Program-made: the position numbers and the translations under genes
Part shown: positions 27,441 through 34,483 of the stretch, in pieces
Numbering within the stretch: position 1 is the first letter of the stretch
Layout: each line of letters begins with the position of its first letter
Origin: a virus
Taxonomy: Duplodnaviria; Caudoviricetes
Direction: 5' to 3' (one strand)
Virus record (IMG/VR): IMGVR_UViG_3300037510_000086
Coordinates: 1-58,253 of that record
Length of the DNA stretch: 58,253 bases
Notes under the pieces: generated by a model
Database searches by the model: none
The model's input: the letters and a program-made list of their open reading frames with translations, nothing else
What the model was told of the DNA's origin: nothing

Positions 27441-27638
27441 ATGCTCAAGAAGAACTCCACCCCCGAAAACACCATCCTCGACGATGACGCTCGCCGTGCT
27501 CACGCACAGAAGCAGCTCTTCCGCTCGGTCGCAACCGCCGTTGCGATCAAGGTAGGCGTGACTGTCGCTGTTGCCATCGCAGCGAAGGCCATCGTCAGGA
27601 AGCTGGAAGCGGGAACGGAAGACTCCTCCGAGAACTGA
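27441..27638 (+). CDS. Small cassette membrane protein
   Basis: VATAVAIKVGVTVAVAIAAKAIV; ATG 27441. Confidence 0.8.
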   Translation: MLKKNSTPENTILDDDARRAHAQKQLFRSVATAVAIKVGVTVAVAIAAKAIVRKLEAGTEDSSEN

Positions 27639-27656
27639 CATCCACCGCAACATCTC

Positions 27657-27688
27657 AGACCCTACCCCTACATGGGGTTAGGGTTTTT
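27657..27688 (+). terminator. CCCC-TACAT-GGGG family terminator
   Basis: agaccctacccctacatggggttagggttttt. Confidence 0.8.
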
Positions 27689-27706
27689 CTTTTGGCTGGA
27701 GGTGTG

Positions 27707-27925
27707 ATGTTCGGCCGACCCAAGGAATACCACTTCGTTCTTACTATCGAGGCTTCTACGCAGGACGGAGTGACGCACCAATTTCAGCGGAACAATGTGA
27801 TGAAGTGGTCGTCGACTGAATATTGTGCCTTGATGCATCTCACAACCGAGTTGGCATCTAGACATAATCTTCGGCCCGAATCCATAATCATCTTGTTCTG
27901 GTCGTTCAAGAAAAACAAACCCTGA
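27707..27925 (+). CDS. Hypothetical protein
   Basis: GGAGG RBS before ATG 27707. Confidence 0.6.
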   Translation: MFGRPKEYHFVLTIEASTQDGVTHQFQRNNVMKWSSTEYCALMHLTTELASRHNLRPESIIILFWSFKKNKP

Positions 27926-27967
27926 AATTTCCCGCGGGGAATTTTCCAGAAAACTTTTGGAGGAATC

Positions 27968-28096
27968 ATGCGCAGCGACGTCAAGACCCTTCTGTTCTTC
28001 ATCTTCCTCATCGTTGGATCGTATTTGATCCTCACGGGCTCGTTCATCATCGGGCTGATCTTGATCATGCTGGCGGTGGTCATACCGGCGGTCTAA
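27968..28096 (+). CDS. 42-aa two-helix membrane peptide (resembles 27253..27384)
   Basis: GGAGG RBS; MRSDVKTLLFFIFLIVGSYLILTGSFIIGLILIMLAVVIPAV. Confidence 0.65.
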   Translation: MRSDVKTLLFFIFLIVGSYLILTGSFIIGLILIMLAVVIPAV

Positions 28097-28110
28097 TCCA
28101 GCCACAGGGG

Positions 28111-28141
28111 TCGCACGAAAAACATGTCTTAGTATGAGACC
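28111..28141 (+). promoter_or_regulatory. 31-bp element, copy 7
   Basis: tcgcacgaaaaacatgtcttagtatgagacc. Confidence 0.8.
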
Positions 28142-28164
28142 CCTACTATGGATTGGAACCCACC

Positions 28165-28428
28165 ATGTCCGAGAAGACCGCCTCTACCCCCGAGACCACC
28201 AAGCCCTCCAAGCTCTCCGTCAAACTGAACAGCCTCAAGCCGTCCAACATCGACAACGAGAAGAAGGAAGCCGCCGTCCGACGCATCAAGTTCGCAACCG
28301 CGTACACCCTTGCGTTCGTCGCCGGAGCCCTGACCACCGTTGCCGTGATGAACGCCAAGAACCTTCACGACGCCGAGACCGAGGAGACCGCTGAGGTCGA
28401 GGAGACCGAGGAGACCACCGAAGACTGA
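28165..28428 (+). CDS. Small cassette membrane protein with acidic tail
   Basis: FATAYTLAFVAGALTTVAV; E/T-rich C-terminus. Confidence 0.8.
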   Translation: MSEKTASTPETTKPSKLSVKLNSLKPSNIDNEKKEAAVRRIKFATAYTLAFVAGALTTVAVMNAKNLHDAETEETAEVEETEETTED

Positions 28429-28449
28429 TATTCCACCAAACCGGTATCA

Positions 28450-28479
28450 GGCCCTGACCCCTACATGGGGTTAGGGTTT
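28450..28479 (+). terminator. CCCC-TACAT-GGGG family terminator
   Basis: ggccctgacccctacatggggttagggttt. Confidence 0.75.
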
Positions 28480-28509
28480 CGCTTTTCGGATCGAGAGATG
28501 GAGTTTTCC

Positions 28510-29140
28510 ATGTCCAAGGAAATCGAGAAGAGCAACAAGAAGCGCACGGTTCTGGTCACGCTGGGGACCCTCGCGGCCCTCGTCGGGCTGATCAAATTCA
28601 TCATCCGGATCGCCAACGGCGAAGACACTCGCTGGGAGAACTGATCGTGGCCGAGGGCGACGAAAAGATCATCACCATCCGCTTCAAGAAGCCGGAATTC
28701 TGGGACAAGATCAAGGAGCAATGGGACGAGAACCCCATGCTCGTGATCGCGGTGGGTACAGCTGCCCTCACCGCCACGGGCAAGCTCATCGATGCTGTCG
28801 CCAGCATTCCGAGCAAGCGCGCGTACGCCAAGCGCATGAACAAGCGGGGGGACGAGAAGTGAGTGCGAAGATCATCACCCAGGAGGGGACTCCGGTGGAT
28901 GGTTGTCCGGAAGAGAACGAAGAGCCCACGTTGGCGGAAGATCTCCGAGCCCTCGCCGAGGACGTCAACGAGGGTCTGGTGGGCTTCCGCAAGTTCCGCA
29001 ACAGCGCGATCCTCAAGATCGGTATCGTCGCCGTGGCCATCAAGGTGGTCGGAGTGGTCGGTCAGATCATCATCGAGAACCAGCGTTTGAAGGCGGCTCG
29101 CCAGGAACGCCAGGAAGAGCGCGACCAGAACGAAGCGTAA
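28510..29140 (+). CDS. Three small single-TM proteins (28510..28644, 28647..28862, 28859..29140)
   Basis: Closely spaced or overlapping ORFs, each with one hydrophobic segment. Confidence 0.65.
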
Positions 29141-29152
29141 TCATCGCCCAGC

Positions 29153-29186
29153 GGGGCCCATATTCACGATGGATGTGGGCCCCTTT
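29153..29186 (+). terminator. Hairpin / terminator upstream of the TerD gene
   Basis: ggggcccatattc-acgat-ggatgtgggcccc followed by ttt. Confidence 0.65.
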
Positions 29187-29218
29187 CGCTGCAACACTTC
29201 ACAGACAAGGAATTCAAA

Positions 29219-29890
29219 ATGGGTATCACCTTCCGCAAGGGTGTCGACTCTCCGCTCGACGGCGTGAACCGACTGATGTTCGGCGCGGGCTGGGACCGCA
29301 AGACCAAGAAGCAGTCCGGCTGGGCCCGCAAGCTGGCCGTGAAGACCGGCGGGAAGATCAACGTTGGTGGTGGCGAGAAGGACATCGACCTGGACCTCGC
29401 GCTGATCCTGTACCGCGACGGCGAGCCGAAGCGCATCGTCATCGGCCACAACATGGACCCCGTCAACGGCGCGGCAGTGCACTCCGGTGACAACCAGACC
29501 GGCGAGGGCGACGGCGACGACGAGACGATCACGTTGGACCTGCTCCGCCTGCCCGCCTGGGCGACCGAGTGGGCCGTCGCGGTCTTCGCCTACAAGATGG
29601 GTACCAACTTCGACCAGGCCCAGAACGTCTCGCTCAACGTCTACGACGCCAGCGGCTCCGGGGAGCCCGTGCTTTTCGACGAGCTGATGCCTACCCTCGG
29701 CTCCGGCGCGACGGCTTGCGTCATCGCCAGCGGCAAGCGCAACCGCAACGTGTCGGGAGACCCGATCGACGGCTGGACCACCACGCTGGTCGACAAGTCC
29801 GGCAAGCTCGCCATGCAGGGCGACGACAACGCGATACTGGCGTTCGCTCGTAGTAACGCGGGAATCCGCCGTCCCGGCTCCGTCCTCTGA
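29219..29890 (+). CDS. TerD-family stress protein
   Basis: GAGWD, DIDLDLAL, VHSGDNQTGEGDGDDETITLDL, NFDQ TerD signature. Confidence 0.88.
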   Translation: MGITFRKGVDSPLDGVNRLMFGAGWDRKTKKQSGWARKLAVKTGGKINVGGGEKDIDLDLALILYRDGEPKRIVIGHNMDPVNGAAVHSGDNQTGEGDGDDETITLDLLRLPAWATEWAVAVFAYKMGTNFDQAQNVSLNVYDASGSGEPVLFDELMPTLGSGATACVIASGKRNRNVSGDPIDGWTTTLVDKSGKLAMQGDDNAILAFARSNAGIRRPGSVL

Positions 29891-30003
29891 CGCCATGGTT
29901 CCCCGTCCAGACAACGGGTGTACCTGCGACGGGGGACCGTACACCCACGGTCCAAAGGGCAGAGACGAGGTTCTCGCCCAGCTCAAAATGAGAAGAGAAA
30001 AAG

Positions 30004-30198
30004 ATGAGCCTCGCCCTCCAGTTCGCCAGACCGGTCGAACCGGAACCCGACATATCTGAGCTGATGGTCTACGACCCCGAGCGTCAGATGAACGTCTTCA
30101 AGGACGGCAGCGGCTTGGTCATCGACGACCCGGACACGCTGATCAAGTTTGGCACGACCACCTCGACTGCCGGGTCCAAGACCCACTTCGATGACTGA
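30004..30198 (+). CDS. ATP-grasp-modified RiPP (graspetide) precursor-like peptide
   Basis: Leader ALQFARP...YDPERQMNV...DG and Thr/Ser/Asp core GTTTSTAGSKTHFDD match actinobacterial ATP-grasp target peptides (recalled family). Confidence 0.75.
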   Translation: MSLALQFARPVEPEPDISELMVYDPERQMNVFKDGSGLVIDDPDTLIKFGTTTSTAGSKTHFDD

Positions 30199-30207
30199 GG
30201 AGCCATC

Positions 30208-30294
30208 ATGAACTTCTTCGGACACATGCTCTCCGGCCTCGTCGGAGGAATGGTGGCCTTACTGATCGAGCACTACGTCAATCACAAGCGGTAG
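30208..30294 (+). CDS. 28-aa hydrophobic peptide
   Basis: GAGGAG RBS; MNFFGHMLSGLVGGMVALLIEHYVNHKR. Confidence 0.55.
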   Translation: MNFFGHMLSGLVGGMVALLIEHYVNHKR

Positions 30295-30295
30295 A

Positions 30296-30326
30296 TCGCA
30301 CCAAAAACACGCACTTAGATGAGACC
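30296..30326 (+). promoter_or_regulatory. 31-bp element, copy 8 (followed by a hairpin, no ORF)
   Basis: tcgcaccaaaaacacgcacttagatgagacc. Confidence 0.8.
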
Positions 30327-30367
30327 CATATTCCGTGAACACCACACGGGGTATGGGTTTACCTTTT
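30324..30367 (+). ncRNA. Candidate ~45-nt hairpin RNA or immediate terminator
   Basis: acccatattccgtg-aacacca-cacggggtatgggt (14 bp, 2 G-U pairs) followed by ttacctttt. Confidence 0.5.
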
Positions 30368-30387
30368 AACCAACAAGGAGAAGCACA

Positions 30388-30975
30388 ATGAGCAACAGCA
30401 CGCGCCCCAGTCTCGCCGGACCCGTCATCGCCCTGTGCTTCGCCCTTGTGGCGGTCGCCTTGGCCTCCATCAGCGGATGCGGGACTTCTCTCGCGGTCGA
30501 CAGCAAGCCCAGGACCGTCTCACTCATTGGCGAGTGGCGGCAGATCAACCCCAACTCGGGCGGATGGATGACGGCGTCCATATCCGGTGAGTCCGTCCAG
30601 GTGAACCTGAGAGGGCGTGGCTCCAGTTCCGTGTACTGGATGGGTACGTTCGACACCCACCCGCGGAAGTCCAACAAGTTCAAGGTCGTCTCGATCGGCG
30701 ACCCCGACGCCGCGAAGTCGATGATCACCGCCGACGAGTCCAAGACGAAGACGTTCACATACGACCACGGCGTTCTCTCGTTCAAGTTCTCGGCGCTGGG
30801 GACCTCGGCCACCATCCACATGACCAAGGCGAAGTCGACGCATATTCCGACCGCCACCCCCACGACTCACCGGCCCTCGTACAAGACTCCCCAGACCAAC
30901 AAGAAGCCGACCACCAAGGCCAAGGCGAGGACCGGGGTCAAGGCGCCCGCCAAGATCTCGACCCGCAAGAAGTAG
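30388..30975 (+). CDS. Probable lipoprotein
   Basis: AAGGAG RBS; signal peptide ending LASISG-C; K/T/P-rich tail. Confidence 0.7.
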   Translation: MSNSTRPSLAGPVIALCFALVAVALASISGCGTSLAVDSKPRTVSLIGEWRQINPNSGGWMTASISGESVQVNLRGRGSSSVYWMGTFDTHPRKSNKFKVVSIGDPDAAKSMITADESKTKTFTYDHGVLSFKFSALGTSATIHMTKAKSTHIPTATPTTHRPSYKTPQTNKKPTTKAKARTGVKAPAKISTRKK

Positions 30976-30982
30976 GTACACC

Positions 30983-31777
30983 ATGAAGTTCAAGCTGGGA
31001 ATACTGGCCAAGCAGGCGAAGAAGGCCATCGCTGACAACTCCCCCGCGCTTCTGACTGCGCTCGGTGTGACCGGTACGCTTACGGTCGCATATCTGACGG
31101 GCAAGGCTTCGTTCAAGGCGGCGGAGATCCTCGCCAAGGAAGCCAAGCAGCGCCGCAAGGACGGCGACCCGGAGATGGACAACTGGGACAAGGCCGATCT
31201 GGTCTGGCGTGAGTTCATCCCCGCCGCCGGTATCGCCGCCCTGACCGTCTCTGCCATCATCGGCGCAAACCACATCAGCACGAAGCGCGTCGCTGCCTTC
31301 GCCTCGGCATATTCCATGGCCGAGAAGGGGTTTTCCCAGTACAAGGAAAAGGTGCTGGAGAAGGTCGGCCCGAAGAAGGAAGCGGAGATCAAGGACGAGG
31401 TCGCCAAGCAGCAGATCAGCGACCACCAGTACTCCAAGTCACCGATCATCATCACCGGACACGGAGACCACCTCTGCTTCGACGCATATTCGGGGCGGTA
31501 CTTCCAGAGCGACATCGAGCGCGTTCGCTCGGCGGTCAACGATATCCGGGACCAGATCCACAGTCAGGATTCCGCGACCCTGTCCGACTACTGGGGGCTT
31601 ATCGGTCTGGAGTCCACCCAGGTGTCCGACGACATCGGGTGGACCACGGATCAGAAGCTCGACGTTCACTACACGTCGGACCTCACCAAGGAAGGTGTGC
31701 CGTGCTTGATCGTCACCTTCCTCTCAACGCCGAAGCCGCTCTGCGGTCCCATCGGCTCGACCTACAGCGCGTATTGA
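30983..31777 (+). CDS. Membrane protein (DUF6353-like), paralog of 36487..37431
   Basis: NSPALLTALGVTG...KA N-terminus; ATLSDYWGLIG...IGW C-terminal domain. Confidence 0.7.
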   Translation: MKFKLGILAKQAKKAIADNSPALLTALGVTGTLTVAYLTGKASFKAAEILAKEAKQRRKDGDPEMDNWDKADLVWREFIPAAGIAALTVSAIIGANHISTKRVAAFASAYSMAEKGFSQYKEKVLEKVGPKKEAEIKDEVAKQQISDHQYSKSPIIITGHGDHLCFDAYSGRYFQSDIERVRSAVNDIRDQIHSQDSATLSDYWGLIGLESTQVSDDIGWTTDQKLDVHYTSDLTKEGVPCLIVTFLSTPKPLCGPIGSTYSAY

Positions 31778-31979
31778 AGAGCTGCGTTCCACTACGGGAC
31801 GCTTGATCTTGAGGACGCATTCGGGAGCTGAGTTCATGCAGGACGCCTGTACTGACTCGTCGGGCAAGCCCGATTGCCTATGGCGAGTCTCATGCAACAT
31901 CACAAGGGCGTCCTGCCCGAAAATGGACGCCCTTCTTCAAAAGCTCGATACCGATATTTCACGAGAGGCAGAACACATC

Positions 31980-32360
31980 ATGTCGAACCCCAAGAACACC
32001 GCCGCCACCCCGAAGACCGTCAAGGAGACCGTCGAAGCGAAGTCCGGCGAGGAAGCCGTCATCCCCGCGCAGACCACCGAGGTCAAGCCCGGCTTCGCCG
32101 ACGGCATCAAGGTCGAGGACCCCAAGGACGCCCAGTCCGAGGAGAAGACCACCCTGGTGAAGCGCGCCAAGGCCGCCGCCGAGAAGCTCAAGTCCAACAA
32201 GAAGGCCATGTTCTTCCTCGCGGGCGCTGCGGTCGTCATCGGCCTGACCATCAAGAACAACCGCAAGGCCGTCAAGGTCGAGGTCGTGGACCCGGAGGAC
32301 ACCTCTGTCGAGGGTGTCGACGACGTCACCGGCCCGGACGAGACCGACGACTCTCTCTGA
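31980..32360 (+). CDS. Single-TM protein
   Basis: GAGAGG upstream of ATG 31980; AMFFLAGAAVVIGLTI. Confidence 0.7.
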   Translation: MSNPKNTAATPKTVKETVEAKSGEEAVIPAQTTEVKPGFADGIKVEDPKDAQSEEKTTLVKRAKAAAEKLKSNKKAMFFLAGAAVVIGLTIKNNRKAVKVEVVDPEDTSVEGVDDVTGPDETDDSL

Positions 32361-32400
32361 GTCACACACCAACCTGAAGCGCGCGAGAAAGAAGTAAGAA

Positions 32401-32934
32401 GTGGCGATATCCGAGACCATCACGTACCAGGACATCGACGGGAAGACGGTCACCAAGGAGTGGTGGTTCTCCCTCGACAAGGCCGAGCTCGCCGAGATGA
32501 AGCTCCGTCATGAGGGTCCTGGTAAGGGCACTCTGGAGGAGTACCTCGACCGGATCATCAAGGAGGACGACAACAACAAGATTCTGGACAACTTCCAGAT
32601 GATCCTCCAGAAGTCCGTCGCAGTCCGGGTGGACAACTACCTCAAGAAGACCCCCGAGACCGTCATGGAGTTCACAGGCGGCGGGGCCTACGAGGCCATG
32701 TTCATGAAGATGCTGCGCGAAGCCGAGTACGCGGCCAAGCTCATCAACGGCATCCTCCCGAAGGACATGGTTGAGGCGGTCGCCAAGAAGGACGCCGAGA
32801 AGTCCCAGCACACCGACGAGGAGCTTCTCGCCATGAGCGATGAGGAGTTCTTCTCAGTGGCCGGTGGCCAGAACCCCATGCGTTGGGACCCGCGTTTCCT
32901 GACGCTGGCGGCTCGGCGCAAGACCGCGGCATGA
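32401..32934 (+). CDS. Conserved hypothetical phage protein
   Basis: ETITYQDIDG...WFSLDKAEL; phage-like codon usage. Confidence 0.75.
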   Translation: MAISETITYQDIDGKTVTKEWWFSLDKAELAEMKLRHEGPGKGTLEEYLDRIIKEDDNNKILDNFQMILQKSVAVRVDNYLKKTPETVMEFTGGGAYEAMFMKMLREAEYAAKLINGILPKDMVEAVAKKDAEKSQHTDEELLAMSDEEFFSVAGGQNPMRWDPRFLTLAARRKTAA

Positions 32935-33053
32935 TCGACCCGGAGAAGATGTTCGACGAGATGAAGAAGTTCGGCGTTCTGATGATCATCGGACCCGCCC
33001 TCATTCTCGTCGGATATCTTCTTACCTGGGGAGTGAAACTCCTCATCAAGTGA
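32931..33053 (+). CDS. 40-aa membrane peptide
   Basis: ATGA overlap; FGVLMIIGPALILVGYLLTWGV. Confidence 0.6.
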   Translation: MIDPEKMFDEMKKFGVLMIIGPALILVGYLLTWGVKLLIK

Positions 33054-33230
33054 ATGATTGGGGGATCAGCATTGGGTTCTGCCTATAGGGAACAATCCCT
33101 TCGTAGGGGTCTCCAGGGCCGTCCGGATGCTAGATCTTAAACGACAACCGCAGCTCGCAGGCCGCTCCTTCCGTAGCGAGGACAAGGAAACTGCGCCCCA
33201 GTCATATCCCCTTCGAGTAATTGGAGAACC

Positions 33231-33710
33231 GTGAACAGCAAAGGCAAGATAGCCGTCGTCTTCGCACTGATGTTCGGCACGCTCGCAGTAGCCGTACCTC
33301 AGGCGGAGGCGACCCCATCTCTGCGCATCGCCGCCATGGGAAGCGCCAACACTCAGAAGGGTGCCCGCTATGTCTGGGGCGCCGAGGGTGGTTATTCCAA
33401 GGGTTACGACTGCTCGGGCCTGACTTACTGGTCCTACAAGCAACACGGTAAGACCCTGCCCCGCACCGCTCAGGGCCAGTACAACAGCGCGAAGAAGATC
33501 GCCCCGCACGACCGCAAGCCGGGTGACCTCGTGTTCATACATGACGCTCGGGGTTATGTATTCCACGTGGGCATCCTGACGCGGATCACCAGCGGACACG
33601 GTTGGATGGTCAACGCCAACTCCGGTTCCTACCGTGGGCGCAAGGTCGTCGAGGCGCCAGTCTACGAGTACACCCCCGGCTCGCCGTATGCCACTTACGG
33701 GCGGTACTGA
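33231..33710 (+). CDS. Secreted NlpC/P60 peptidoglycan endopeptidase
   Basis: Signal peptide ending AEA; YVWGA, YDCSGLT, LPRTA, PGDLVF, HVGI. Confidence 0.9.
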   Translation: MNSKGKIAVVFALMFGTLAVAVPQAEATPSLRIAAMGSANTQKGARYVWGAEGGYSKGYDCSGLTYWSYKQHGKTLPRTAQGQYNSAKKIAPHDRKPGDLVFIHDARGYVFHVGILTRITSGHGWMVNANSGSYRGRKVVEAPVYEYTPGSPYATYGRY

Positions 33711-33711
33711 C

Positions 33712-34265
33712 ATGGAAGACCGTACGTACCAGTCGCACACCGACGACCACGGCGAGCATATTCTCGTGTTCGACGGGGATGGCGTCTTCGTTCGTAAGGT
33801 CTTCGTCCCGCGCTCCGAGTTTCGTCCAACCGCCTTCGTATGGATCTTGGACGACCGATTCCGCACGCTCTTCCAGGCGAATTCCCACATCGCCTACAGG
33901 TGGTTGGAGGAGAACCCGGACCGAGTGCTGGCCAAGCAAGTCGGCGTAGGTAAGGACTTCCAGATCCTCTCGGTTTCCGAGTTCCAGGAGTTGTACGGAT
34001 GAAATCGATATGGGGGTCTGAACTAATGACCCTGCCCGACGAACTCGGATCGATCAAAGTCGGTTCGGAGTGGTGCTGGGAGCCCCTGAAATTGGAAAGC
34101 AGATGCTACATCAGAGTGAGTATGGTCGAGCGTAAGCTTGACGGTAACTGGTGGGTTCTCTGCACAGCTCTTACCGATGGCGGCGGGGTCAAGAGGGGTC
34201 AGTCCAACTGGAACCAGCTTTCTCGATTCGTCGAGGCTTCCGTTCTAATCAAACCCGGTTCCTGA
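33712..34265 (+). CDS. Two hypothetical proteins (33712..34002, 33999..34265)
   Basis: Coupled ORFs with ATGA overlap. Confidence 0.65.
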
Positions 34266-34281
34266 ACGGAGTCAGTAGGGG

Positions 34282-34312
34282 TCGCGTCAAAAACACGTGT
34301 TTAGATGAGACC
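34282..34312 (+). promoter_or_regulatory. 31-bp element, copy 9
   Basis: tcgcgtcaaaaacacgtgtttagatgagacc. Confidence 0.8.
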
Positions 34313-34336
34313 CCTACTGGATTGGACCCTACTCCT

Positions 34337-34483
34337 GTGAACAACACTCGCAAGAAGGATATCATCAAATTCTTTGTCGCTGGAGCTTTCGCCCTCGCCC
34401 TCGCGAAGGTTGAGAAGCTCATCGACAAGAAGGCCGATGAATACTTCCCTGACGAAGATTCCGATCAGGAAAAGAACGACTGA
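34337..34483 (+). CDS. 48-aa cassette membrane peptide
   Basis: GTG 34337; IIKFFVAGAFALALA; followed by CCCCTACATGGGG terminator at 34500-34527. Confidence 0.7.
   Translation: MNNTRKKDIIKFFVAGAFALALAKVEKLIDKKADEYFPDEDSDQEKND

Noticed and set aside
25294-28479. Repeats as a CRISPR array
   Set aside because: The intervening segments are 300-700 bp and contain ORFs with RBSs, the repeats are degenerate, and there is no cas operon. The Cas4-like gene is a common stand-alone phage nuclease.
31803-31979. N-terminal extension of ORF 31803..32360
   Set aside because: TTG start without a clear RBS and atypical composition. ATG 31980 has an RBS, and the region folds as RNA.
33054-33211. c-di-AMP (ydaO) riboswitch or tRNA
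   Set aside because: The context fits ydaO, but I could not find its conserved segments or a tRNA cloverleaf with a T-loop. It is reported only as an unassigned structured RNA.
25319-34312. GAGACC (BsaI site) in every element as a sign of synthetic assembly
   Set aside because: The sites sit inside a longer, naturally degenerate motif, all in one orientation, with no vector or marker sequence.
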